A DNA stretch of 64,000 nucleotides, from the NCBI GenBank assembly GCA_963719315.1, contig CAVRBU010000018.1, positions 77,213 to 141,212 of the forward strand, given 5' to 3'. Origin of the DNA: an uncultured Planctomycetota bacterium. GTDB lineage: Bacteria > Planctomycetota > Planctomycetia > Pirellulales > Lacipirellulaceae. Every line of letters starts with the position of its first letter. Positions within the stretch are counted from its first letter, which is position 1. Below the pieces are notes generated by a model. The model saw only the letters and a program-made list of their open reading frames with translations, had not been told where the DNA came from and searched no databases. A program made the translations under genes and the position numbers. This document shows positions 9,803 through 19,601 of this stretch, piece after piece.

Positions 9803-9868
9803 CTCACGCAAAGGCGCCAAAGCGCAAAGAAAGTTGCATTGCTTCGTGCCTTCGCGCCTTTGCGTGAG
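9803..9868. repeat. Nonamer-arm palindrome after pheT (possible terminator role)
   Basis: CTCACGCAAAGGCGCCAAAGCGCAAAG ... CTTCGTGCCTTCGCGCCTTTGCGTGAG. Confidence 0.75.
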
Positions 9869-9924
9869 TCAAATCCGGCATAGCGCTGATTGCGTTTTCA
9901 TGACTGATCGGCAATTATTGCGGT

Positions 9925-11559
9925 ATGAGTATATCCGCAAATGCGCCGACAATCGCTGGCTTTCTTGCAAATAGCGCTGCCCGCCGCGGAGACGAACACG
10001 CTTTAGGTTATGTCCGCAGCGGAGAAATGCACTGGCTTACGTGGCAGCAGGTCGAGGCGCAAGCGACTCAATTAGCCGCGGCACTACGTGCCGCCGGGAT
10101 CAGCCCCGGCGACCGCGTCGCCCAAGTTTCCGAGAACCGATACGAATGGATCATTACCGACCTCGCCTTGCATTTGGTTGGCGCGGTGCACGTGCCGATT
10201 CACGTCACGCTTTCCGGCGAGCAAATCGCCGAGCAGATTGTGGATTGCGGTGCCCGGTTGATGTTCGTTTCAAACCGGGATCTGCTGGAAAAGTTCGAAG
10301 AACTCCTGCCAGCCGGCAAGGTTATTTTCGTGCACGACGAACAAAATGATCGCCAATGGGGACCACCGCTAGGCAAGCCGCCACTGTCACCCGACCCGCC
10401 TAGTGCCAAACTCCAGCCCCATTCGCTCGCAACGATTCTCTACACCTCCGGTACAACAGGCCGCTCGCGGGGCGTGATGCTCAGCCACGGAAACCTGGCA
10501 TCCAACGCAGCCGCCACTGCCGATGCCTTCGGCGACGACCACCCCGAATTGCGGCTGTGTGTGCTGCCTTTGAGCCATATCTACGCGCGCACCTGCGATC
10601 TTTACACCTGGCTGTATCGCGGTTCGCAGCTCGTGCTGGCCGAGAGCCGCGAGACGCTAGCCCGCGACTTGCAGCTTGTTCGGCCGACAGCACTCAACGC
10701 GGTGCCATACATTTATCAGCGAGTCGCCGACCGCGTGCGAACAAGTGAAGGCGACCCCGCACAGGTTTTACGCGATTTTTTCGGCGGGCGCATTGAGCAG
10801 TTGAATTGCGGCGGGGCGCCGCTGGCGCCGGAGACCGAAGCCTGGTACGCGCAGCAGGGCCTGCCCATTTTGCTCGGTTATGGATTGACGGAAACGTCGC
10901 CTGTGGTCGCTGCCTCGACGCCGAAGTCGAATCGCGCCGGTGCAGTTGGCCGGCTACTGCGTGATGTGGAAGTTCGAATCGCCGCTGACGGCGAAATCCT
11001 GGTGCGGGGACCGAATGTGATGCTCGGCTATTGGCACGATGACGCGGCGACTGCCGCTGCCATCCAGGACGGCTGGTTCCATACAGGCGACCTTGGCGAA
11101 CTCGATGCTGATGGTTTCTTATTCATCCGTGGCCGCAAAAAAGAATTAATCGTACTCTCGACCGGAAAGAAAGTCGCACCTACGCGGGTGGAACTATTGC
11201 TCACGGCCTCGCCCCTGATTGAGCAGGCTGCGGTGTTCGGCGACGACCAGTGCGGACTCATTGCCCTAATCGTCCCCGCCGCTTGCGGCTTAGCCAATTC
11301 CCCTGACAATGGCGCGCTAAACGAGAAATTCGCCGTCGAAATCAACCGTTGCCTCGCATCGGCCGCGCACGAGGAGCAAATTCATCGCTTTGCACTCCTC
11401 GATCGGCCGTTCTCAATCGAACGCGGCGAAATGACCGGCAAGTTGAGCCTCTGCCGGGCCGTGATCGCCCGCAATTTTGCCGCTGAATTAAGCAAGCTGT
11501 GTACACAGAAGCCGGTCGGCAAAGAGCGGAACTCAGGTGGGATCGAATCCACACTATGA
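9925..11559 (+). CDS. Long-chain fatty acid-CoA ligase (AMP-binding family)
   Basis: YTSGTTGRSRGVMLSH, LPLSHIY, GYGLTETSP, GWFHTGDLG, GRKKELIV. Confidence 0.9.
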   Translation: MSISANAPTIAGFLANSAARRGDEHALGYVRSGEMHWLTWQQVEAQATQLAAALRAAGISPGDRVAQVSENRYEWIITDLALHLVGAVHVPIHVTLSGEQIAEQIVDCGARLMFVSNRDLLEKFEELLPAGKVIFVHDEQNDRQWGPPLGKPPLSPDPPSAKLQPHSLATILYTSGTTGRSRGVMLSHGNLASNAAATADAFGDDHPELRLCVLPLSHIYARTCDLYTWLYRGSQLVLAESRETLARDLQLVRPTALNAVPYIYQRVADRVRTSEGDPAQVLRDFFGGRIEQLNCGGAPLAPETEAWYAQQGLPILLGYGLTETSPVVAASTPKSNRAGAVGRLLRDVEVRIAADGEILVRGPNVMLGYWHDDAATAAAIQDGWFHTGDLGELDADGFLFIRGRKKELIVLSTGKKVAPTRVELLLTASPLIEQAAVFGDDQCGLIALIVPAACGLANSPDNGALNEKFAVEINRCLASAAHEEQIHRFALLDRPFSIERGEMTGKLSLCRAVIARNFAAELSKLCTQKPVGKERNSGGIESTL

Positions 11560-11894
11560 GATGGGTGCACGACCGCCAGGGCTCGATCTGGCGCCGTTTT
11601 TGGCAAGCTTGAAGCTTTTTTTGCCCGCGGCCCGGTGAGAGTCGCCCACGCGTCAAGCTGCAATGCCTAACGTACAGTCGGCACGACCGTTAGAACTGGC
11701 GATCTCTATCGTGCGGCTTTTGACCAAGAGGTTGCGGCGGCCTATATACCATTGGGGATATCCAGGCGCGTTTCGCCGACATTTGCCTGATATTCTTGCG
11801 ATATTTGCCGCCGGGAATCCGTGCGCACGGACCCCGACGAGTCGAAGTCGTCCGCGGTTTAGCCTACGCATGAGCCGCTGCGCTTGAGTTACGC

Positions 11895-13232
11895 ATGGAA
11901 GAGATCGTTACGCCATCGTCCCCTCTGGAAACAGCCTCGCCGCTGTCGGCGACGGAGCTGCGCGAGCTCCAACAGCGGGCGCAGACGGCCCTCTCGGCCA
12001 GCAGGGAACAAGCTGCTCGTCTCGAAGCCGATATCACGCGCCAGCTCGATGAGATCGCCGCCACACTGGGCGAGCAGATTGCGTCCGATTCGCAGTCGGC
12101 GTCCGATACCGACCGGCTCCAGTCCGAAGTAGCGCGTCTCACGGCGGAGTTCAATTCGTCGCGCAACGATTGGCTCGAAGAACGCCAGTCGCTCGAACGC
12201 GAGCGCAACGATCTCAAGACACAGGCCGAAGAACACGAAGTTCGACACCGAGCGTCGCAAGACGAATGGCGGAAGCAATTACTCGATTTCGAAGCCCGGC
12301 TCCAAGAACAGCAGATTTCCTGGAACGCGCAACGTTCGGAGTGGGCCGCCGACCGCGCCAACTTGGAACGCGATCGCGACGAGGTGCAGCACAAGTTCGA
12401 GTTGGCGCTGGAGGATGTGCAGCGGCTGCGCGAGCGGGTGGCAGAGCTGGAACACGACCTCGCTCGTCGCCCCGAGGCGGCTCAGGCCGATTCGACCGAA
12501 GTGGTCGCGCTCCGGGCCGAGCGGGACGCACTCGTCGAGCAGGTCGCTCAGCTCGAACAGAGACCGGCCAGCCAAATCGACCCGAATGTCGAGCAGCAGG
12601 TCTCCGATTTGCAGCGGAGATTTGAACTGGCGGTCGAGGATGTGCGGGAGCTCAAGACCAAAAACGCCAAACTCGAATCACAACTGGCGGCGTCCGCGAA
12701 GGGCCCGGCCAGCAAGCAGGACGCCGGCGGTATGGATTGGGAATCGCAGAAGCGGCGGCTGCTGGCTTCGCTCGATGACGGCAACGATGAACAGGACGCT
12801 CCCACGCCACAGGAGCGAGTGACTATCGCGGGCACGATTGAAATTACGGACGCGGTTGTCGCCGAGAAGGATCGGCAACTCGCCGCCCTCGCCGCCGAGC
12901 TCGACGCGGCCCGCAACAAGCCGGCTGAAGACGTTGAAATCCGCGATCAAAGAATTGACGACCTAATCGACGCCGACGAAGTGATTGCCGGACATCGCAA
13001 GCGCTGTCAGCAACTCGAGCGCGAAGCAGAAGACAAATTGCGCGCCGCCGAATTGGAGTTGTCGGTCGAGCGGGCCAAAATGGCGCGTCAGAAGGCAGAA
13101 CTAGAAGAACTGAGGTCCAGCCTCGCCTCACAGCGTCAGTCGTTCGAGGCAACCGGCGTGGCCCCCGTGCCGGGTGCGCCGAAACGCCGTTGGCTGTCGA
13201 AGCTTGGCATCGACGGGAAAGACAAAGAGTAA
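11895..13232 (+). CDS. Long coiled-coil hypothetical protein
   Basis: 445 aa E/Q/R/L/A-rich heptad pattern; C-terminal basic amphipathic KRRWLSKLGI. Confidence 0.75.
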   Translation: MEEIVTPSSPLETASPLSATELRELQQRAQTALSASREQAARLEADITRQLDEIAATLGEQIASDSQSASDTDRLQSEVARLTAEFNSSRNDWLEERQSLERERNDLKTQAEEHEVRHRASQDEWRKQLLDFEARLQEQQISWNAQRSEWAADRANLERDRDEVQHKFELALEDVQRLRERVAELEHDLARRPEAAQADSTEVVALRAERDALVEQVAQLEQRPASQIDPNVEQQVSDLQRRFELAVEDVRELKTKNAKLESQLAASAKGPASKQDAGGMDWESQKRRLLASLDDGNDEQDAPTPQERVTIAGTIEITDAVVAEKDRQLAALAAELDAARNKPAEDVEIRDQRIDDLIDADEVIAGHRKRCQQLEREAEDKLRAAELELSVERAKMARQKAELEELRSSLASQRQSFEATGVAPVPGAPKRRWLSKLGIDGKDKE

Positions 13233-13366
13233 ATCAGGTCGATCGCACCTGAAGCGGTCGTGACTCTTCAAGCCGCGCATTCCCGGGCGATTGTCTGCTT
13301 CGGAAGGCCCACAATAAATCCGAGAGAGTTGCGGCTCCCGACGACCGTAGCAATATCCGTCGCAAG

Positions 13367-13971
13367 CTACCGGGCTGATTCGCCGTCCATCTGGTAGATG
13401 GCCAGGTACTTTCCGTCGACTACGAACTCGCGGACGTTAAACGTGCCTTCGACCGCGATTGGCCGGATCGTGAAATCGGTCGTGTTGCCGGGCTTCATTT
13501 CTACGAGGATGCAATCGTACAGCGCGGCACCGGGACCAAAGCAGCATTCCTGGTTGTCGCGCACCAGCACGAACTGTTGAATACCGTGTTTCTGCGGCGT
13601 TGGCAGAATGTAGCCGCGAATGCGAATCTTTTGGCCGCTGAGGGCTTTGATATCTTTCGTCAGCATCGTGTGGCGGAACTTGTCACCGGGCGTCATCTCG
13701 AAGCGGATGTCGTCGAAAGTTTTGTCGTACGGCTTGTCTCCGGCCCGTGCGAGCACGACTGTCTTCGCGCCGGGTTTCAGTTTCGGCGCGCCGGCGAGGC
13801 GACAGTCTTGTCGGTGGCTTCAACGGATGATCTTTTCGGAGGGTTCGTTGCCGCAGGCCCATCGCCGTTGCTAGCGCCGGCCTTTTCCGATTCGCAACCG
13901 GAGAGTAGCAGAGCCCCGCCCGTGGACAGCACGAAAACCAATATGTAAGCCGATCGGGCGCTGGTAGGCAT
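13367..13971 (-). CDS. DUF3299-like lipoprotein (1-bp frameshift near 13788)
   Basis: Lipobox LLLSGC in the 5' part; joins the frame with GQKIRIRGYILP..FVLVRDNQECCFGPG..PIAVEGTF. Confidence 0.7.
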
Positions 13972-14005
13972 CGTTGGCAATCCGGTAATGACGACGAAGT
14001 GGCGC

Positions 14006-14725
14006 TCAGTTCTTAGCGTAATCCGCCTTCAGTGAGAATACTGGAGACTGGGATCCCAGTGACAGATTCTCCGGATGAATTTCCAAAATGCCGCCCATCC
14101 TTAGAACGCTCAGGTTGTCATCCACGCGATCGCCATTCGTGATCTGCACGACCATTTGGTCATAGTATTTGACTTTGGATAGGTCGCCGAAACAGCATTG
14201 ATTGTTGTCCCGAACCAGCAAGAAACGATCGATATTCGTCCGCGATGTTGCGGAGCCAGGACGGATATAACCTTTTATGAATATCTTTTTACCGTTGAGC
14301 GCGGCGATCTCGGGCGGCACGGCGACACCGCCGCGCTCCTGGATCTCATCGGGCTTCATCTCGTTAAAGGAAATTCGTGTATAGCCGTCGGGCACTTCGG
14401 TGGCGTACACATAGCCGCCATAGGCTACGCCGCCGACCAAAAAAACAGCCGACAAAATCAGCCCGATTCTGGCAAGCGCGAGCCCCGTGTATTGGTCGGG
14501 GTACTGACGAATCTTGGCCAATGCGCGCAGCGCAAAGAACATGCCGATCAATGGAATTGGCGTGACTACCAGGCAATACTCGAACGACGTGGACGCGGCG
14601 ATGACCACGCAGACCGATAATACTCCCAGAACCAGGGCGATGAGCGCACCGGTATGAAGGGCCTTGTATTGGAGGTCGTCTTCCTGCTCCGATACGGAAT
14701 CAATATCAATCGTGGCTGTACTCAT
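14006..14725 (-). CDS. Membrane protein: N-terminal TM helices (DUF4190-like) plus DUF3299-like domain
   Basis: Three hydrophobic segments, then LNGKKIFIKGYIRP..FLLVRDNNQCCFG. Confidence 0.7.
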   Translation of the reverse strand: MSTATIDIDSVSEQEDDLQYKALHTGALIALVLGVLSVCVVIAASTSFEYCLVVTPIPLIGMFFALRALAKIRQYPDQYTGLALARIGLILSAVFLVGGVAYGGYVYATEVPDGYTRISFNEMKPDEIQERGGVAVPPEIAALNGKKIFIKGYIRPGSATSRTNIDRFLLVRDNNQCCFGDLSKVKYYDQMVVQITNGDRVDDNLSVLRMGGILEIHPENLSLGSQSPVFSLKADYAKN

Positions 14726-14755
14726 CGAATTCAACTCTGTTCTGTCGAGGCCGGA

Positions 14756-16417
14756 TTACACCGCGCCGGCGCGGAGGATTAACCAATAAATGCCCATCAG
14801 TACGACCGCGGCCGCGAGGGGTAAGCCAGCCACGAGTAGCGGATTCGCACCGCGAACCTCAGTCTGCGGGGTAGCCACTTCGGCGGCCGGATTCGCCGCC
14901 GTCTTGGCCGGAGAGCCGGCGGTGTCCACGGCTGGCGCTGTCTTTGAATCGCCGCCGTTTTGGTCGCCCTGCCCTGCTTGACCAAAAGTTGCCGGGTCGG
15001 GTATCTGGCTGGCGTCCGTCTTTTCATCGGCTGCCGACGCGGCAAAAGCTTGCGTCGAATCGGCTTTCGCCGCTGCCTCCGTTGACGATGTCGTGCTTGC
15101 CGGAGTGCCGCTCTTGGCCGCGGTTGCGCTCGCCGCTGACGCGGCGCCGCGGGCTCGGCCGAGCGCACCGAACGCCATTAGGCTACGGGCCGTTTTCACG
15201 GTCTCGGGGTCGAGCTTTTCCAACTCGGCGATTGCCGCTTTAGCTCGCGTGCCAACTTCGCCTTCCTGTTCGCTCGCAACCGTGAGATAACTAACGACGG
15301 GTTGGCGGACGTAGCCCTTGGCGTCCGAATTCTTGAACATCTCGACCATCTGATCGAGCACGGACCAATCTTCCCACCGCGACAAATCGAGAATCACCTG
15401 ATCGGCGAAGTCCGGATTCTTGAGTAACAGCCGCATCGCGGCCAACAATCGCTCTCGCGGCACGACGCCCGTGTTTTCGTCGCCGTGAAACCGTAACGCC
15501 ATGATCGTCGAATAAATGTGCGTGTACTCGGCATGCGGGTTTTTCAGGAAGCGATCCTCGACCAGATCGAGACCGTCCGGCCCCCGCAGGATCAGGTAGC
15601 ACGCGACCAGCGCGTCGAGCCCCAGCTTCTTGCGGCGCTCGTCCTGCTGCACGGCCTCAATCCAGGCAGGCATTCCGATCGGCCCGCCCATAGTCATGCC
15701 TGTTCCGACTAGCCCAACGAGCGCCGGTTTCATGGCGTCGAAGTCCGATACGATCATCGCTTCGAGGAGCGGCACGTCGGCTTTGCTGCCGCACACGCCG
15801 AGCATGGTGAGATACAGCCGCCGCCGGCTGGGGCTGACCTCGGGATCGGCGACCCACTTCACGATTTTGTCGTGCTTCATCTGTGGCTTAAGCTCGTGTA
15901 GTTCGGCGTAAGGCGCTCGGCCGAATTCGTCGTAGGAGTCCTGAGCGAGAAGCGGATCGGCGTGCTCCAAGTAGTCTTGGAAAAATACCAAGCGTTCTGG
16001 GCCGGTAGGCGCGACGGAGGGCAACTTGCGTACATATTCCACGGCCGCCGGCGTGAGTGGCAGCGGCGTGGTCCAATCGATTTTGTCTTTGCCAAGGCCG
16101 GTGATGAGGTAGGTCTTATTGCGATCCGTGTCGCCAAAGAAGACGACGCTGATCTCGGCTTCCGGCTTGAGCATGTCCGGGCCTTTCATGGCTTCGATGA
16201 CTTGAAACGTCGCCATGCCTGAGTTCGGGTCGTTGGCATCCGAGGCCGCCGGCGCTTCCTTCAGGAGTTTCGCCAAGACGACTGCATCGGCCCCCTTAGT
16301 TTCCTCGCTGAGCGTCTGCGATTCGACGTTGCAGAAGGGGCAGGCGGAGGCGCTGCTAACTAAAGCGAGGGCGAACGCACAACACGTGGCGCAAATTCCG
16401 TAAGAACTTGGATTCAT
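14756..16417 (-). CDS. Exported protein with mature N-terminal CPFC motif and C-terminal membrane anchor
   Basis: Signal peptide ending ASA-CPFC; helical-repeat core; A/T/S/P-rich linker; C-terminal TM helix. Confidence 0.75.
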   Translation of the reverse strand: MNPSSYGICATCCAFALALVSSASACPFCNVESQTLSEETKGADAVVLAKLLKEAPAASDANDPNSGMATFQVIEAMKGPDMLKPEAEISVVFFGDTDRNKTYLITGLGKDKIDWTTPLPLTPAAVEYVRKLPSVAPTGPERLVFFQDYLEHADPLLAQDSYDEFGRAPYAELHELKPQMKHDKIVKWVADPEVSPSRRRLYLTMLGVCGSKADVPLLEAMIVSDFDAMKPALVGLVGTGMTMGGPIGMPAWIEAVQQDERRKKLGLDALVACYLILRGPDGLDLVEDRFLKNPHAEYTHIYSTIMALRFHGDENTGVVPRERLLAAMRLLLKNPDFADQVILDLSRWEDWSVLDQMVEMFKNSDAKGYVRQPVVSYLTVASEQEGEVGTRAKAAIAELEKLDPETVKTARSLMAFGALGRARGAASAASATAAKSGTPASTTSSTEAAAKADSTQAFAASAADEKTDASQIPDPATFGQAGQGDQNGGDSKTAPAVDTAGSPAKTAANPAAEVATPQTEVRGANPLLVAGLPLAAAVVLMGIYWLILRAGAV

Positions 16418-16459
16418 AGGAGTATCGTTTCTTTGCCAAAAACTTAATCATTCAAAGCG

Positions 16460-16626
16460 AAAGAAGCTTCACGCAGAGGCGCGGAGGTCGGAGAGGAAGG
16501 GAACACTAATCTACGCTAATTCTCACTAATCTATTTTTGGTTTTTAGTGGCGATTAGCGCAGATTAGTGTTCCCAACACACTGCTTTAGCCTCCGCGAAC
16601 TCCGCGCCTCCGCGTGAAACTTCTTT
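16460..16626. repeat. Nested double palindrome (CTAAT-nonamer hairpin inside CGCGGAGG-nonamer hairpin)
   Basis: Outer arms 16460-16496/16590-16626; inner arms 16499-16530/16544-16574. Confidence 0.85.
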
Positions 16627-16681
16627 TGTTTTTGTACCAGGTAATAACCATTTTACCCACGGCCCTGCCGGGCGGATACGG

Positions 16682-18217
16682 CTAGCGGCTGCCGGCGAGT
16701 GCTTTCGCAACGTCGGTTCGGTAGGCAGCCAAGGCCGGCAAAAAGCCTACGAGCGAGGCCAGCAGCAACAATCCGGGTATGAGCACCAGTTCCTGCCAGT
16801 CGAACTCCAAAAGACTCAGCGAAATGCCGGTGCGCTCAACGACATACGAACTGGCGAGGCCAATCATGCCGTGCCCCAGCAGGATGCCAATCAGGCCGCC
16901 GCCGAGTGCCAGCAGGATCGACTCGACGAGCACGATCGCCATCACGGCGTTGCGGCTGGCACCGAGTGCGCGCATCACCGCGATGTCGTGGCTGCGCTCG
17001 TTCATCGAATTGTAAATGCTCACGAGAATGCTGATCCCGGCCACGATGACGACCAAGACGGTTAATACCAAGAGCACGATCCGCAGCGGGCCCACGATGC
17101 TGTTCAACAGCACGGCGACTTCGCGCGTGGGGGCTACCGCTTGCGCAACGCGGCCTTTGCCTTTGTTGATCTTGAAATCGAGATACTGCGGACCCAACGG
17201 ACTTTTGCACAGCACGAGGATCAACGTCACCTCACGTTGATCGGCCGGCAACGGCTTGACTTCCCCCGCTGCTATCTGCCGATCGAGTTCTTGTTCAATC
17301 TCATGCTCGTGTGCTTCCTCCGATTCGGTGTGTGCATGAGCCCCGCTGGGTTTAGATTCTGTGTCATGGACATGGCCCGCATTGTGGTCGATCTCAACGC
17401 TTTCGAGTTTGACGTTTTTGTCGTCGTGCGCATCAGCATCCGCATCCTTGCCTGCATGTTCATTTTCCGTTGGAGGGCCATGTTCGGGGTGCGCTGCGTC
17501 TTGGGCTTCGACTGAATCCTCTTCATGCGCCGATAGCGCATGCCCCGGCAAGAGATAAAAACCTTCGATGTTCATGAACAATGCGCGGTCATCCGCAGTT
17601 CCGGTCGGCTTCAAGACGCCGACGATCTTGACCGCGTGATGTAGGTCGCTACCGCCCGCGAGGCCGTGACTGGGTTGAAACGTGTCGCCAACTTTGAGGC
17701 CCGAGCGGGCCGCGACCACCGAGCCGATCACGCCTTCGAAGAATGCATCCGTCTTGAAGTTTCGTCCGCCTGGCTCGAATTCATAGTTTTTGAGCGATCC
17801 GTCCGAATTGCTGCCGTAGTGGATTTTCTCGAATAGGTCGGGCGTCGTCGCTACGACGCGGAACACCGAATTGTCGGGCGATTGATAACTGTCGCCCAAG
17901 CATTGGGGAATTGCCACTGAAGTAACGTCCGCAAACTCTCCGCCAGGCAGAAACTTCTGATAGTAACTGTAGGGAATCGGATACAAAGGCTGGCCGATGT
18001 GGTAGACCGTGCTGAGTACGAGTTGCAACGAACCGCCCTTGCCGCCGACGATCAGGTGGTAGCCTTGTGCATTCTGTTCGAATTGCCGCACGGCCACGGA
18101 GTAGATCACGATCACGACGATCATCACCGCCACGCCGAGCGCCATCGAGAGCGCGGTGAGGGCCGACGCGAGGCCGCGCTGCTCCATATTTCGCCAGGCT
18201 ATTTTCCAAAACGGCAT
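16682..18217 (-). CDS. ABC transporter permease, MacB/FtsX family, with His/acidic-rich periplasmic insert
   Basis: KIAWRNM..R...SALTALSMALGV; IVGVLKPTGTADDRALF; ER.HDIAVMRALGASR; FLPALAAYRTDVA. Confidence 0.9.
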   Translation of the reverse strand: MPFWKIAWRNMEQRGLASALTALSMALGVAVMIVVIVIYSVAVRQFEQNAQGYHLIVGGKGGSLQLVLSTVYHIGQPLYPIPYSYYQKFLPGGEFADVTSVAIPQCLGDSYQSPDNSVFRVVATTPDLFEKIHYGSNSDGSLKNYEFEPGGRNFKTDAFFEGVIGSVVAARSGLKVGDTFQPSHGLAGGSDLHHAVKIVGVLKPTGTADDRALFMNIEGFYLLPGHALSAHEEDSVEAQDAAHPEHGPPTENEHAGKDADADAHDDKNVKLESVEIDHNAGHVHDTESKPSGAHAHTESEEAHEHEIEQELDRQIAAGEVKPLPADQREVTLILVLCKSPLGPQYLDFKINKGKGRVAQAVAPTREVAVLLNSIVGPLRIVLLVLTVLVVIVAGISILVSIYNSMNERSHDIAVMRALGASRNAVMAIVLVESILLALGGGLIGILLGHGMIGLASSYVVERTGISLSLLEFDWQELVLIPGLLLLASLVGFLPALAAYRTDVAKALAGSR

Positions 18218-18264
18218 ATTGATCCGTTCGTTTACTTGAGTCCGTGCCGATCGCCGCTTGCGGC

Positions 18265-18939
18265 TTAGCTGACTGTCGCAATGACGCGATTCAGGTTTTC
18301 CAAATGCTCAACCCGATCGAACTGCTCTGAAACTTCAGTTGAATGCGTTACCAGTAGCATCGCCACGTTCTCCGCTCGGCACACTTCGCGCAACAGGTCG
18401 ATCACGTGTTGCTGGTGAGCGGGGTCAATGTTGGCCGTCGGCTCATCCGCGAGTAACAATACCGGGCGATTGACCAGAGCCCGGGCGACCGCCACCCGTT
18501 GCTGCTCACCCACCGAAAGCGCCGCCGGCTTGTGCGACAAGCGATGGCCAAGCCCGACACGGCCCAACAGTTCAGTCGCCCGCTTGGGGTCATTTCGCTG
18601 GCCCGTGAACGTCATGCCGAGCAGCACGTTCTCGAGGGCCGAAAAGCCTGCTAGCAGATTGAATGTTTGGAATACAAAGCCAAGGTGACGAGCTCGGAAC
18701 CGATCGCGGGCCGCTTCGGCGAGCCGCGTGACCTCCGTCGTCTGAATGACGATTCGACCGTCATCCGGCGTGGCGAGACCAGCGATTACGTTAAGGAGAG
18801 TCGTTTTTCCGCCACCGCTTTGGCCGCGGATGACCACTTGCTCACCGGCCGATAGTTCGAGCCTGGGTACGTTCAAGATCGGCAGCCGCTCGCCGTTGGG
18901 CTCCCGATAGGACTTTTTGACGTTTTCGACCAGGAGCAT
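18265..18939 (-). CDS. ABC transporter ATP-binding protein (LolD/MacB-like)
   Basis: GQSGGGKTT, GFVFQTFNL, LSVGEQQRVAVARAL, LLADEPTANID, VTH. Confidence 0.95.
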   Translation of the reverse strand: MLLVENVKKSYREPNGERLPILNVPRLELSAGEQVVIRGQSGGGKTTLLNVIAGLATPDDGRIVIQTTEVTRLAEAARDRFRARHLGFVFQTFNLLAGFSALENVLLGMTFTGQRNDPKRATELLGRVGLGHRLSHKPAALSVGEQQRVAVARALVNRPVLLLADEPTANIDPAHQQHVIDLLREVCRAENVAMLLVTHSTEVSEQFDRVEHLENLNRVIATVS

Positions 18940-18979
18940 GGGCGTGGTTGCGGCGAGGTGGGCCGAGCGCAATTAATCG

Positions 18980-19004
18980 CAAAGTGTTGAAATATAACGC
19001 TTTG
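18980..19004. promoter_or_regulatory. Imperfect palindrome, candidate Zur/Fur-family operator
   Basis: CAAAGTGTTGAAATATAACGCTTTG about 40 bp upstream of the ABC operon start. Confidence 0.3.
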
Positions 19005-19601
19005 GGGCAGAATCGTATAGCCGCGTTCACTTCCAAAGCACGCGGCCCGGCGCTTCGGGCTAGCTTCCCGCGTTACGCAATCAATCCCCATTAAGTTCGC
19101 TAGCTCGATAGGCTTTGGGCAATTTCTACATGCCATCACGGAAGGTTTTACACACTGTGGTAGGTGCGACCCAAGTGATTGCAGGCTCTCGAAACGAACG
19201 TCCTCCGCACGGAAACCTTGCTGCACCAATCAGTTGTGTCGATGATTGGAAATTCTCTGCTCGTGCCATTGGTTCTTGGCACGCCGTCTGCATTACATAC
19301 GCGACGGTAGAAGAGTGGGACGGCGGCCCGGGCCAATCCGGTGCGGGTGCATCGAACCGCGATTTGAAGGCCGACGTCCAGCAGATGAGTTCCGGCTTGT
19401 AAAACTTTTGGGCTGCCCGAAGGCAGTCCGCATTTCTCCCCGCCTGAGGGCCGACGAGGTCTCCCGCACCTCGCCGGCCCTTCTTTTTGCGCCGCCACTT
19501 GGCGGCCTCTCCATGCCGGCCACCACCGCTTGCGGCTTAGCACTCGGCGTGACCAAACTTATGTTTGGAATGCGCCCTGCTCTCGCCAATTGTCTACAAA
19601 T

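Noticed and set aside
19115..19600. ORFs or a riboswitch between the ABC operon and folC
   Set aside because: No recognisable protein motifs and no cobalamin or other riboswitch consensus that I could identify.
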